Shown one piece after another: positions 27,987 to 37,603 of a stretch of DNA of 64,000 nt. The DNA lies in contig OZ243926.1 of NCBI GenBank assembly GCA_965213765.1, positions 3,481,627 through 3,545,626 on the forward strand. Reading direction: 5' to 3'. The translations under genes and the position numbers were made by a program. Source of the stretch: Rhodospirillales bacterium. GTDB lineage: Bacteria; Pseudomonadota; Alphaproteobacteria; Rhodospirillales; UBA2165. How positions within the stretch are numbered: the stretch's first letter is position 1; every line of letters starts with the position of its first letter. Under the pieces are notes generated by a model, which saw only the letters and a list, made by a program, of their open reading frames with translations, did not search any database and had not been told where the DNA came from.

Positions 27987-28415
27987 TTATTTCCCGGCGG
28001 TCGAGGTCTTCCGTTTGGCGGTGGTTTTGCGGGTCCGGCCCCCGGGTTTCGTGGCGGGTTTGGCGGCGGATTTCGTGGTTGTTTTTGAAGCCGATTTCGC
28101 GGCTGGTTTGGCTGCCGTCTTCGTCCCCGTTTTCACGGACCCGCGTTTGGCCGCCGGTTTCGCTGTCGGCTTTGTGGCCCCCGCTTCCAGTTCGGCGACA
28201 CGCTTTTCCAACTTTTCCTGTTCAGCCCGGGCCTTGGATGCCATGGCCTTGACCGCGTCGAATTCGTCCCGCGTGACAAGGTTCAGTTCAGACAGCACCG
28301 CTTCAATTCTCTGTCGAACCACGGTTTCCACTTCACCCCGGATGCCGGCCACGGTCCCCGCCGCGCCGCTTGCCACTCGGGCGAGATCGTCGAGAAGTTT
28401 GTTGCGACTCTGCAT
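27987..28415 (-). CDS. ubiK: UbiK/YqiC (BMFP) family accessory factor with Lys/Ala/Thr-rich C-terminal tail
   Basis: ORF-track 142 aa. N-terminal LLDDLARVASGAAGTVAGIRGEVETVVRQRIEAVLSELNLVTRDEFDAVKAMASKAR. C-terminal 60 aa are AKPAAK/TKT repeats. Confidence 0.65.
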   Translation of the reverse strand: MQSRNKLLDDLARVASGAAGTVAGIRGEVETVVRQRIEAVLSELNLVTRDEFDAVKAMASKARAEQEKLEKRVAELEAGATKPTAKPAAKRGSVKTGTKTAAKPAAKSASKTTTKSAAKPATKPGGRTRKTTAKRKTSTAGK

Positions 28416-28557
28416 GTCCGTCGCTCTCCGTCTTGTCTATCTGCTTGCCTGCCAGGCCATTATGCGGACTTTGGCCCGCCCGGCAATAGAACCCCCCGCA
28501 CGGATTCCCGCCCGGCGTCTTGCGGCCAAATTGCGGGCGACCTATAACGCGCTTCAC

Positions 28558-29559
28558 ATGTCCGATTCTTCGCCTACCTATCTTGTCACCGGCGGCGCCG
28601 GGTTCATTGGCTCCAATCTGGTTGCGGCGCTTGCCGAGCGGCAGGCGCGGATCGTTGTTTGCGATTACGACGATGACGCCGGCCAGCGGCGCAACCTCGC
28701 CAAGCGCGCGCTCGCGGACTGGGTCACGCCACCGAATCTGTTCGCGTATCTGCGCGACCAGGGGAATTCAATCGACGGCGTATTTCACCTGGGCGCCGTT
28801 TCGTCGACCGTCACCACCGATTGGGAGTTGGTCGTGCACCAGAACTACGGTGTCTCGCTCCGGCTTTGGGATTGGTGCGCCGGCAAAAGGATCCCGCTGA
28901 TCTACGCCTCGTCGGCGGCGACCTATGGCGGCGGCGAAGCCGGGTTCGATGATGACGGAAGCGCCGAGGGCCTCGCCAAGCTGACGCCGCTCAACCCCTA
29001 TGGCTGGAGCAAGCACATATTCGACCGCAAGGTGGCGGAGATGGTCGGCAACGGAGAGCCCGCACCGCGCCAATGGGCAGGGCTCAAGTTCTTCAATGTC
29101 TACGGACCCAATGAGTACCACAAGGGCGGCCAGCGCAGCGTCGTGCCCCAGATCTATGAGCAGATCGCTGACGGCGGGCCGGCGCGGCTGTTCAAGTCGC
29201 ACCACCCGGACTATGCCGACGGCGGACAGCTCCGGGACTTCATCTGGGTCGAGGACTGTGTCGACGTGATGCTTTGGCTGCTGGATCATCCGGCGGTCAG
29301 CGGCCTGTTCAATTGCGGCACCGGCCGGGCCAGGAGTTTCGAGGACCTCGCCGTCGCCGTTTTTAAGGCGTTGGGAAAGAACGCCGATATCGAGTACGTG
29401 CCGACGCCCGAGAATATCCGGGACAAGTACCAGTATTTCACCGAGGCACGGATGGAGCGTCTGTTGGCCGCGGGCTATGACAAGACGTTCACGGCGCTTG
29501 AGGACGGTGTCCGGCAGTACGTGCGGGATTACCTGATTCAAGACGATTCGTTCAAATAA
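28558..29559 (+). CDS. hldD: ADP-L-glycero-D-manno-heptose 6-epimerase
   Basis: ORF-track 27856..29559 trimmed to the ATG at 28558 (MSDSSPTYLVTGGAGFIGSNL...). Motifs YGWSK and FFNVYGPNEYHKG. The upstream part of the track ORF is antisense to ubiK. Confidence 0.85.
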   Translation: MSDSSPTYLVTGGAGFIGSNLVAALAERQARIVVCDYDDDAGQRRNLAKRALADWVTPPNLFAYLRDQGNSIDGVFHLGAVSSTVTTDWELVVHQNYGVSLRLWDWCAGKRIPLIYASSAATYGGGEAGFDDDGSAEGLAKLTPLNPYGWSKHIFDRKVAEMVGNGEPAPRQWAGLKFFNVYGPNEYHKGGQRSVVPQIYEQIADGGPARLFKSHHPDYADGGQLRDFIWVEDCVDVMLWLLDHPAVSGLFNCGTGRARSFEDLAVAVFKALGKNADIEYVPTPENIRDKYQYFTEARMERLLAAGYDKTFTALEDGVRQYVRDYLIQDDSFK

Positions 29560-29601
29560 ACCTGATTTGGCTTAGGTCCTTCACCGGCCTGGAACCCCTG
29601 C

Positions 29602-30408
29602 ATGCTTGCCATTCCGTTTCCCTCCATTGACCCTGTGATCGTCGACTTCGAGCCGCTCATCGGTCTGCCGCTGGCCATCCGTTGGTATTCGGTCATGTGG
29701 CTCGGCGGGTGTGTGCTTGCCTGGCTCTATGTCCGCAAGTTCATTGCCCGGCCGCCTCACGCCATGAGCGGTCAGGATGCGTCCGATTTTCTGTTCTGGG
29801 CCATTCTGGCGACCGTAATCGGCGGACGGTTCGGCTATGTCGGGTTCTACATGCCCGGGCTGATGCTCGATAACCCGCTCAACCTGTTTGCCGTTTGGCG
29901 AGGCGGCATGTCGTTCCACGGCGGCCTGATCGGCGTCATCGTGGCCATGATTCTGTTCGCCCGGAAGCGCAACCTGGATTTGTGGGCGATGAGCGACGCG
30001 ATCGCCTGCGCCGCGCCGATCGGCCTGTTTCTGGTCCGCATCGCCAATTTCATCAACGGCGAGCTCTATGGACGGGTGACCGACGTGCCGTGGGGCATGG
30101 TGTTTCCCGCCGGTGACGATCTGCCGCGCCATCCGAGCCAGCTTTACGAAGCCGCGCTCGAGGGGCTGGTGCTATTCCTGATCCTGTTCGTGGCCTCGCG
30201 TTCCGAACGCATCCGGATGAAAACCGGCATGCTGGCCGGCATCTTCTTCATCGGCTATGCCGCGGCCCGCGGCCTGGTCGAACTGGTCCGCCAGCCCGAC
30301 GCCCATCTCGGTCTCCTGTTGGGTGGTGCGACAATGGGCCAGCTTCTCTCCATCCCTGTGTTATTGTTGGGCCTGTATCTGGTGATTCGCGCTCAAAGGG
30401 CTGCGTGA
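29602..30408 (+). CDS. lgt: Prolipoprotein diacylglyceryl transferase
   Basis: ORF-track 268 aa: GGMSFHGGLIG...RIANFINGELYGR...HPSQLYEA. Confidence 0.9.
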   Translation: MLAIPFPSIDPVIVDFEPLIGLPLAIRWYSVMWLGGCVLAWLYVRKFIARPPHAMSGQDASDFLFWAILATVIGGRFGYVGFYMPGLMLDNPLNLFAVWRGGMSFHGGLIGVIVAMILFARKRNLDLWAMSDAIACAAPIGLFLVRIANFINGELYGRVTDVPWGMVFPAGDDLPRHPSQLYEAALEGLVLFLILFVASRSERIRMKTGMLAGIFFIGYAAARGLVELVRQPDAHLGLLLGGATMGQLLSIPVLLLGLYLVIRAQRAA

Positions 30409-31493
30409 CAAATCTCAACCGCATTCTCCGCGAACTGATTGAGCGAGACGGGCCGATCACCGTGGCCGAGTACATGGAACTCGCCCTCTCGCACCCCGAA
30501 CACGGCTATTACACGACGCGGGAACCCTTTGGCGCATCGGGCGATTTCACCACCGCTCCGGAAGTCAGTCAGATGTTCGGGGAACTGATCGGAGTGTGGC
30601 TGGGGGTGGCGTGGCGGAACATGGGGCGGCCCGATACCGTCCATTTGATCGAGCTGGGCCCCGGCCGCGGCACCTTGATGAGAGACGTCCTGCGGGCGGC
30701 AGAGGGCGTATCGGGTTTTTGCGAAGCGATTTCCGTGACGCTCGTGGAAATCAGCGACCGGCTGATCGAGGCGCAGCAGGAGACCTTGCGCGGCGCGGAG
30801 ATTTCGATCCAATGGCAGCCTGCTCCCGATCCGCTGCCGGTTGGACCCTGCCTGGTCGTCGCCAACGAATTTGTCGATGCGCTCCCGGTCTCGCAGTTCG
30901 TCAGGGCGGAAAACGAATGGCGGGAGCGTCTGGTGGGGTTGGAAGATGACCGGCTGACATTTGCGGTCTCCGAACATGGGACGGACCACGCGGATGCCGT
31001 TGCCCAGGATCTGAGCGCGAGCCCCGGCGATATCGTTGAACGGAGAGCGCAGGCGGAAACACTGGTCCGTGACATCTCTTCCCATCTCTCGGCCCACGGC
31101 GGCGGCGCCCTGTTGATCGATTATGGGCATCGCCTGAGCGGGATTGGCGATACCCTGCAGGCGGTGCGGTCCCACGCGTACCACCCGCCTCTCGATGCGC
31201 CCGGCACCGCTGATCTCACCGCCCATGTGGACTTCGGGGCGCTGGCGCGGGCCGGCCGTGAAGGCGGCGCGCAAATTCACGGTCCGGTGACCCAGCGGTC
31301 GTTCCTCACCGAACTCGGCATTCTTCATCGCTACCGGTCCCTGGTGGAGAATGCCGACGACGCCCAAAAGCGTTCGCTCGATTCGGCGCTTGGCCGCCTC
31401 ATCGGCGTCAACGATATGGGCAGCCTGTTTAAAGTGCTGGCCCTCGCCGCGCCGGGACTGCAAATTGAGGCCGGTTTCGATGGGATCAAGTGA
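30405..31493 (+). CDS. Class I SAM-dependent methyltransferase, MidA/NDUFAF7 (DUF185) family
   Basis: ORF-track 362 aa, GTGA overlap with the lgt stop. GDFTTAPEVSQMFGELIG...ELGPGRGTLM. Confidence 0.8.
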   Translation: MTNLNRILRELIERDGPITVAEYMELALSHPEHGYYTTREPFGASGDFTTAPEVSQMFGELIGVWLGVAWRNMGRPDTVHLIELGPGRGTLMRDVLRAAEGVSGFCEAISVTLVEISDRLIEAQQETLRGAEISIQWQPAPDPLPVGPCLVVANEFVDALPVSQFVRAENEWRERLVGLEDDRLTFAVSEHGTDHADAVAQDLSASPGDIVERRAQAETLVRDISSHLSAHGGGALLIDYGHRLSGIGDTLQAVRSHAYHPPLDAPGTADLTAHVDFGALARAGREGGAQIHGPVTQRSFLTELGILHRYRSLVENADDAQKRSLDSALGRLIGVNDMGSLFKVLALAAPGLQIEAGFDGIK

Positions 31494-31514
31494 AGCCGGG
31501 AGCGCTCCGCCGGG

Positions 31515-32282
31515 ATGATTACATTTGCCGCCCTCAATAGTCTGACCAATATCCGTCATGCGTTCTTCACCAAGCTCGGCGGCGTCAGCACGGGCGTCTA
31601 TGATTCTCTCAATTGCGGCTACGGCTCGGGCGATGCGCCGGAGAACGTCGCCCGCAACCGGCGGATCGCGCTGCAACGTCTCGGCGTGACGGACTGGCCG
31701 CTGGTGACGGCTTACCAGGAACACACCGCCGATGTGGTTACCGTCGCGGAACCCTGGGCGCATGACGATGCGCCGGTTGCCGACGGTCTGGTCACCGACC
31801 GTCCGGGATTGATTCTCGGCATTCTGTCGGCCGATTGCGCGCCGGTGATGCTGGCCGACCCCGATGCCGGGGTGGTTGGCGCGGCCCATGCGGGCTGGCG
31901 GGGAGCGCGGGCGGGCATTCTCGAGGCGACCATGGCCGCCATGTCCGGCCTTGGCGCCGATCCGGCGAATACCATTGCGGCCATCGGCCCGTGCATTGCC
32001 CAGCGCTCCTACGAGGTCACCGATGGGTTTGCCGGTCCGATCCTCGAAGAAGACGAGCGCAATGCCGATCTGTTCGCGCCCGGCCGTCGCGATGGTCATC
32101 CCATGTTCGATCTGCCCGGATATGTGGGCCGGCGGCTCAACGACATGAAACTGCGGCATGTGGTCCGTTCGCCCTGCGATACCTGCCGGGAGAGCGATCG
32201 GTTCTTCAGCTACCGCCGGTCGGTTCTCAATGACGAGCCGGATTACGGGCGCGGCCTCTCCGTGGTTACTCTCCACGAATAG
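31515..32282 (+). CDS. pgeF: Peptidoglycan editing factor PgeF (YfiH/DUF152, laccase-domain protein)
   Basis: ORF-track 255 aa: LSADCAPVMLAD...GAAHAGWRG...CTC....FFSYRR. Confidence 0.85.
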   Translation: MITFAALNSLTNIRHAFFTKLGGVSTGVYDSLNCGYGSGDAPENVARNRRIALQRLGVTDWPLVTAYQEHTADVVTVAEPWAHDDAPVADGLVTDRPGLILGILSADCAPVMLADPDAGVVGAAHAGWRGARAGILEATMAAMSGLGADPANTIAAIGPCIAQRSYEVTDGFAGPILEEDERNADLFAPGRRDGHPMFDLPGYVGRRLNDMKLRHVVRSPCDTCRESDRFFSYRRSVLNDEPDYGRGLSVVTLHE

Positions 32283-32357
32283 GCGACACACTGGCGTCAC
32301 CCATGCCCTATATGGTTATGCTCCTGATGTTCGTGTTGTTGGTCATGTTGGTTTTCT

Positions 32358-33251
32358 GTGCGGCATAGCTCGATCCTGGTTTCCATTGCGGCGCTCGGTG
32401 CACTGGCCGCTTGCGGTCCCGTTCCGCGGCCGTTCGCCCATCAGGGCGCGCCGGAGCGCTCAAATCCGCTGATCGAGGTGCCGGCCGGCCTTGCCGTGCG
32501 GGTCGATCCGCCGAGCGGATTGAAGCCCGGCCTGGCGCGGATTGCCGCCGGAGAAATCGCCGCGCGATTGGAAAAGGCCGAAGTGCCCGCGACAACCGAG
32601 CCGGCGTTTTCAGCCAGTCTCGTACTGACCGGCATGGCGCTGCCGCCGGCCGAGGCCGAGACCCATCTGGCGGGGAAAATCCGTTGGCGGCTGACCGCGC
32701 CGTCGGGCGACGTGGTGTCCGAGTTCGTTCAGCTTGTCCTCGGCAGCCGCCAAGGCTGGGAGGAGGGAGACCCCGCTCTCGCCGAGGTTATTGGATCGGG
32801 AGCCGTCGGCCCGATTCTGGGTTCCATCGGCAGTGCCGGGCCGGCCGCCGCCGGGACGCCCGCGGCGCTCCGCCGCGTTCGGGTTAGCGGGGTATCCGGC
32901 GCGCCGGGAGACGGTGATACGGCCCTTGCCGACGCTGTCCGCCGGGCGCTGCTTCGCAAGGGCGCCGGCATCGTCGGCGCGGGAGGCGAATCGGACTACC
33001 AAATTGTCGGAAAAGTGGATCTGACCCCGCCCTCCGGCGGCCGCCAGGAAATCACCATCCGGTGGGTCGTCAGCGGCGCGGACGGCTCGGAGTTGGGCGA
33101 CGTCGTACAGCGAAACGCCATCCGGGCCGGTGCCCTCGACCGGCCGTGGGGGGCCGTCGCCGGGGTTATCGCGACCGCCGCCGGTCCCGGTATCATCGAG
33201 GTCATGGACAAGGCCGAGGCGGCTAAATCAGCGGCACGGCCGGGCCGGTGA
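32358..33251 (+). CDS. Hypothetical lipoprotein
   Basis: ORF-track 297 aa, GTG start. Lipobox-like SIAALGALAAC. Ala/Gly-rich, no family recognised. Confidence 0.5.
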   Translation: MRHSSILVSIAALGALAACGPVPRPFAHQGAPERSNPLIEVPAGLAVRVDPPSGLKPGLARIAAGEIAARLEKAEVPATTEPAFSASLVLTGMALPPAEAETHLAGKIRWRLTAPSGDVVSEFVQLVLGSRQGWEEGDPALAEVIGSGAVGPILGSIGSAGPAAAGTPAALRRVRVSGVSGAPGDGDTALADAVRRALLRKGAGIVGAGGESDYQIVGKVDLTPPSGGRQEITIRWVVSGADGSELGDVVQRNAIRAGALDRPWGAVAGVIATAAGPGIIEVMDKAEAAKSAARPGR

Positions 33252-33395
33252 GTGATCCGCGAAAGCGGCCCGGGATTCTCGTTTACAGACTCATGACACG
33301 CTGATACATAGATCGCGCTCGAAAGCGGTGCCGCGGATCTCTGGGGGGAGGTCTCCATTGAGCGCACCGTCTGCCGACTCGGGGGTCCGCCAGGG

Positions 33396-34328
33396 ATGAA
33401 AATCCTCACCTGCAACAGCAACCGTCCTCTTGCCGAAGCCATATCCGCCTGCCTGAATCTGCCGCTGACCAAGGCCAGCATCCGGCGCTTTTCGGATATG
33501 GAGGTCTTCGTCGAGATCAACGAGAACGTTCGCGGCGAGGACGTCTTCGTCATTCAGTCGACCTCTTATCCGGCCAACGACAATCTGATGGAGCTGTTGG
33601 TTACCCTGGACGCGCTCCGGCGCGGATCGGCCCGGCGCGTAACGGCGGTGGTGCCTTATTTCGGCTATGCCCGCCAGGACCGGAAATCGAGCCCCCGTTC
33701 GCCGATCTCGGCCAAGCTGGTGGCCAACCTGATCACCATCGCCGGTGCCGACCGGCTGCTGACCCTCGATCTTCATGCCGGCCAAATCCAGGGCTTCTTC
33801 GATATTCCCGTCGACAATCTTTATGCCGAGCCGGTGTTTACCAAGGACATTCGCGACCGGTTCGACAACAACCACACCATGGTGGTATCGCCCGATGTCG
33901 GCGGTGTGGTCCGGGCGCGGGCCATTGCCAAGCGCATCGACGCCGATCTGGCGATCATCGACAAGCGGCGCGAGCGGGCCGGCGAATCCGAGGTGGTGAA
34001 CATTATCGGCGACGTGAAGGACCGGCGCTGCATTTTGATCGACGATATCGTCGATTCGGCGGGCACTCTGTGCAACGCGGCTCAGGCGCTCAAGGACGCG
34101 GGCGCGGACTCGGTCACTGCCTACGTGACCCACGGCGTGTTGTCCGGCGGGGCAGTGGCGCGGGTTTCGTCTTCGCCGATGGAGACCCTGGTGAGCACCG
34201 ACAGCATCATGGCGACCGAGGCCGTGCGGGTTGCGCACAACATCAGCCAGCTGACAATTGCACCGCTGATGGCCGAGGCGATCCGGCGGATTTCGGACGA
34301 GCATTCGGTCTCCTCGCTATTTGACTAA
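33396..34328 (+). CDS. prs: Ribose-phosphate pyrophosphokinase
   Basis: ORF-track 310 aa: [11 protein letters not shown] and [11 protein letters not shown]...DDIVDSAGT. Confidence 0.95.
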   Translation: MKILTCNSNRPLAEAISACLNLPLTKASIRRFSDMEVFVEINENVRGEDVFVIQSTSYPANDNLMELLVTLDALRRGSARRVTAVVPYFGYARQDRKSSPRSPISAKLVANLITIAGADRLLTLDLHAGQIQGFFDIPVDNLYAEPVFTKDIRDRFDNNHTMVVSPDVGGVVRARAIAKRIDADLAIIDKRRERAGESEVVNIIGDVKDRRCILIDDIVDSAGTLCNAAQALKDAGADSVTAYVTHGVLSGGAVARVSSSPMETLVSTDSIMATEAVRVAHNISQLTIAPLMAEAIRRISDEHSVSSLFD

Positions 34329-34363
34329 TCCCCGTTAAACCACTAAAACGCGGCACTTTCCCG

Positions 34364-34389
34364 GCGGCGGCACCCCTGGAGGCCGCCGC
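34364..34389 (+). terminator. Possible prs terminator/attenuator hairpin
   Basis: GCGGCGGC (34364-34371), 10-nt loop, GCCGCCGC (34382-34389), followed by ATTTGATT. The T-tract is weak. Confidence 0.3.
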
Positions 34390-34411
34390 ATTTGATTGAG
34401 GAGCACGACAC

Positions 34412-35104
34412 ATGGCTGACGTTTCGACGTTAAATGCCGAACAGCGTGACCGGGCCGGCAAGGGGGTGGCACGGGCGCATCGGCGCGAGGGCCGCATTCC
34501 GGCGGTCATTTACGGCAACAAGATGGAACCGGTGATGATTTCCATGGATGGGCGGGAGCTTTCGAAGCAGCTCTCCCAGACCGGATTCTTCACCCGGGTT
34601 TTCGAGATCAAGGTGAACGGCGAGAGCCACGAGGTGCTGGCCCGTGACCTCCAGGTCGACCCCGTGACCGACCGTCCCCTTCACGTGGATTTCCTGCGCT
34701 TCGGCGCCGATACCAAGATCGCGGTGGAAGTGCCCTGCGCCTTTCTCAACGAGGACGATTCACCGGGCCTCAGGCGAGGCGGCGTGCTGAACATCGTCCG
34801 CCGCGAGGTTGAATTGCTGTGCTCGCCGCTGAACATTCCGCAGGAACTGACATTCGACCTCACCGGTCTCGACATCGGTGATTCGATCCACATCAGGGAC
34901 ATCGAGATGCCCGACGGTGTGACCCCGACGGTGACCGACCGTGACTTCACGGTGGCCACCATCGCCGCCCCGACCATCCAGGTCGAGGAAGAGCCCGAAG
35001 AGGATGAAGAAGGCCTCGAGGGTGAAGAGGGCGAAGAGGGCGTCGAAGGCGAAGAGGGCGAGGAGAGCGGCGGCGAAGAAGAGTCGGACGGCGGCGAAGA
35101 GTAA
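34412..35104 (+). CDS. rplY: 50S ribosomal protein L25/general stress protein Ctc, with acidic Glu/Gly-rich C-terminal tail
   Basis: ORF-track 230 aa: R...GKG.ARAHRREGRIPAVIYG...HEVLARDLQVDPV....LHVDF. Confidence 0.9.
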   Translation: MADVSTLNAEQRDRAGKGVARAHRREGRIPAVIYGNKMEPVMISMDGRELSKQLSQTGFFTRVFEIKVNGESHEVLARDLQVDPVTDRPLHVDFLRFGADTKIAVEVPCAFLNEDDSPGLRRGGVLNIVRREVELLCSPLNIPQELTFDLTGLDIGDSIHIRDIEMPDGVTPTVTDRDFTVATIAAPTIQVEEEPEEDEEGLEGEEGEEGVEGEEGEESGGEEESDGGEE

Positions 35105-35163
35105 TTTGAAGCCTGATCCGGCGTTTTTCTGGCGCCCGCCAGCGCGGGCCGCGGGAGGCAGCC

Positions 35164-35784
35164 ATGCTGCTCTTGGTCGGTCTCGGCAATCCCGGGACCA
35201 AGTACGAGAACAACCGGCACAATGTCGGTTTCATGGCCGTGGACGCGCTGCACGACCGCTACGGCAAGGGTCCTTATCGCTCAAAATTCGGCGGCCATCT
35301 GGCCGAGGCCGAGATCGGCGGCGAGAAAGTCCATCTGTTCAAGCCGGCCACCTACATGAACGCATCGGGCCGGGCGGTGCGCGGCGTCACCCGGTTCTTC
35401 AAGATCAAGAACAAGGACGTGACGGTGCTCTACGACGAACTCGACCTGGTTTCGGGAAAGATCAGGGTCAAGCGGGGCGGCGGCGCGGCCGGTCACAATG
35501 GCATCAGGAGCATCAGCGCCAATATCGGTCCGGAGTTCAGGCGGGTGCGGATCGGGATCGGCCACCCCGGCGACAAGGACCGGGTGACCGGCCATGTGCT
35601 GGGGAACTTCACTAAGGCCGACCGGGGCTGGCTGAACGACATGCTGATGGCCATCGTCCAGGCGGCGCCGGTGCTGGTGGAGGGCGATGACGCGCGCTTT
35701 ATGTCCGACGTGGCGCTGATCACCAATCCGACAAAGGAAAAATCGAAACCCGACAACGAAAAGATGGCAAAGGAAAAAGACTAG
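35164..35784 (+). CDS. pth: Peptidyl-tRNA hydrolase
   Basis: ORF-track 206 aa: MLLLVGLGNPGTKYENNRHNVGF...GGAAGHNGIRS. Confidence 0.9.
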   Translation: MLLLVGLGNPGTKYENNRHNVGFMAVDALHDRYGKGPYRSKFGGHLAEAEIGGEKVHLFKPATYMNASGRAVRGVTRFFKIKNKDVTVLYDELDLVSGKIRVKRGGGAAGHNGIRSISANIGPEFRRVRIGIGHPGDKDRVTGHVLGNFTKADRGWLNDMLMAIVQAAPVLVEGDDARFMSDVALITNPTKEKSKPDNEKMAKEKD

Positions 35785-36882
35785 ATGGGTTTCACCTGCG
35801 GCATCGTCGGCCTGCCCAATGTCGGCAAGTCGACCCTGTTTAACGCCCTCACCGCCACCGCGCACGCCGAGACGGCCAACTATCCGTTTTGCACCATCGA
35901 GCCCAATTCGGGCCGGGTGAACGTGCCCGACCCGCGCCTCGACCGGATTGCCGAAACCGCCGCCGCGGAGAGGGTGGTGCCTACCCAGCTGGAGTTCGTC
36001 GATATCGCCGGCCTGGTCGAAGGCGCCTCCGAGGGCGAGGGGCTCGGCAACCAGTTCCTCGGCAACATCCGGGAAGTGGACGCCATCCTCCATGTGGTCC
36101 GGTGCTTCGCCGACGATGACATCTCGCACGTTTCCGGCGATATCGATCCCTTGGGCGACATCGAGACGGTGGAAACGGAGTTGATGCTGTCCGATCTGGA
36201 AAGCCTGGAACGCCGCCGCGAGCCGCTGGTCAAGAAATCCCGGGGACCGGACAAGGAGGCCAAGGCGCAGCTCGAACTGGTCGATCGGACGCTCGACCTA
36301 TTGCGCGGCGGCAAGCCGGCACGCGCGCTTCAAGTGGGAGAAAACGAAGCCAAGGCATTCCGGATGCTGCAGCTCTTGACCTCGAAACCGGTGCTCTACG
36401 TCTGCAATGTCGAAGAGGATGCCGCGGCCGGGGGGAACGGCTATTCGGCCAAGGTCGCCGGGCACGCCGCCACAATCGGCGCCGGTACGGTCGTCATTTC
36501 GGCCAAGATCGAGGCTGACGTGTCGCAATTGGCCGGGGACGAGAAGCGGGAGTTTCTGGAAGCCATCGGCCTGGAGGAGACCGGCCTCGCCCGGCTCATC
36601 CGGGCGGGCTACGAATTGCTGGGCCTGATTACCTTTTTCACCGCCGGGCCCAACGAGGCCCGCGCCTGGACCGTGACCGCCGGTACCCGCGCCCGGGACG
36701 CGGCGGGCGCCGTTCACACCGATTTCGCCCGCGGCTTCATCGCCGCCGAGACCATCGATCTGGACGACTATTTGTCGCTCGGCGGCGAGCAGCCGGCCAA
36801 GGATGCGGGCAAAATGCGTCAGGAGGGCCGCGACTATATCGTCGAGGACGCCGACATCATCCTGTTCCGGTTTAACGTCTAA
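35785..36882 (+). CDS. ychF: Redox-regulated ATPase YchF
   Basis: ORF-track 365 aa: GIVGLPNVGKSTLFNALT...FVDIAGLV.GAS.GEGLGN. Confidence 0.95.
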   Translation: MGFTCGIVGLPNVGKSTLFNALTATAHAETANYPFCTIEPNSGRVNVPDPRLDRIAETAAAERVVPTQLEFVDIAGLVEGASEGEGLGNQFLGNIREVDAILHVVRCFADDDISHVSGDIDPLGDIETVETELMLSDLESLERRREPLVKKSRGPDKEAKAQLELVDRTLDLLRGGKPARALQVGENEAKAFRMLQLLTSKPVLYVCNVEEDAAAGGNGYSAKVAGHAATIGAGTVVISAKIEADVSQLAGDEKREFLEAIGLEETGLARLIRAGYELLGLITFFTAGPNEARAWTVTAGTRARDAAGAVHTDFARGFIAAETIDLDDYLSLGGEQPAKDAGKMRQEGRDYIVEDADIILFRFNV

Positions 36883-37511
36883 ATCACGTGGGTCCAGATT
36901 ATCCCGGCGGCGAGCGCCACCAGGATCAGCCCGGTGATCACTGAAATCCCCTTGGCGACCGACGGTGCCGCCAGCCAGCGGCGCATCCGCTCGGCGGCGG
37001 CCACCAGCGCCGTCTGCCAGACGATGTTGGCGGCGATGTAGGCGGCGCCGAGGACCGCGAGCTGGGCCGCTATATTGCCCTTCTCGACCACCACGAAGCC
37101 CGGCATCAGGGCCAGGAACAGCAGGATGACCTTGGGGTTGAAGACATTGCTCATCAGCGCGTCCCGCCACGCCTTGTGGATGCCGACCGGGGGACCGTCG
37201 CCGGTCAGCCCCAATCCGCTGCCGCCGGCACGCAGGGCCTGGTAACCAAGGAACGCGATGTAGGCGGCGCCGGCGATGGCGACGCCTTTGAACAGCACCG
37301 GCGAGGCGGCGACGATGACCGATAGCCCCGCCGCCGCGGCGACCGTGTGGATGGCGAGGCCGAGCTGGACGCCGGCCATGGTGGCCATGCCGATCCGCCC
37401 GCCGGACGTCATGGTGTAGCGGATGATCAGCACCGTGTCGGGCCCCGGCGAGATGACGATGGCCGAGGCGGTGATGAGAAACGCGATCAAAATGGCGGGA
37501 TCGACAGGCAT
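36879..37511 (-). CDS. LysE-family amino-acid exporter
   Basis: ORF-track 36879..37580 trimmed to the ATG at 37511 (MPVDPAILIAFLITASAIVISPGPDT...NPKVILLF). Confidence 0.8.
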   Translation of the reverse strand: MPVDPAILIAFLITASAIVISPGPDTVLIIRYTMTSGGRIGMATMAGVQLGLAIHTVAAAAGLSVIVAASPVLFKGVAIAGAAYIAFLGYQALRAGGSGLGLTGDGPPVGIHKAWRDALMSNVFNPKVILLFLALMPGFVVVEKGNIAAQLAVLGAAYIAANIVWQTALVAAAERMRRWLAAPSVAKGISVITGLILVALAAGIIWTHVI

Positions 37512-37603
37512 GATCCCGCCAGTAGGCGGCGGTTTGGGTTTAGTCAAGCGCCTGCGGGGGGTAACATGATCCCCAACCAACGTGCCGAGCAGGGAGAACC
37601 GAC

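Noticed and set aside
27856-29559. 567-aa ORF covering hldD
   Set aside because: The N-terminal 234 codons are antisense to ubiK and non-homologous. hldD homology starts at the ATG at 28558 (TGGAGFIGS nucleotide-binding motif near the N-terminus).
30393-32300. 635-aa minus-strand ORF
   Set aside because: Antisense to the midA-like and pgeF genes. Same shadow-ORF composition, no recognisable domain.
33254-33339. 8-bp inverted repeat GATCCGCG...CGCGGATC and duplicated CGAAAGCGG in the prs leader as a possible riboswitch
   Set aside because: Arms are short and 70 nt apart. I recognise no known prs leader element in it, so there is too little to support a call.
37512-37603. Cobalamin or SAM riboswitch upstream of the MetE-like genes
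   Set aside because: The leaders are short (92 nt here). The 222-nt divergent region at 46432-46653 is largely occupied by a REP-like palindrome. I could not recognise a B12-box or SAM-II-like pseudoknot by eye; an Rfam scan would be decisive.
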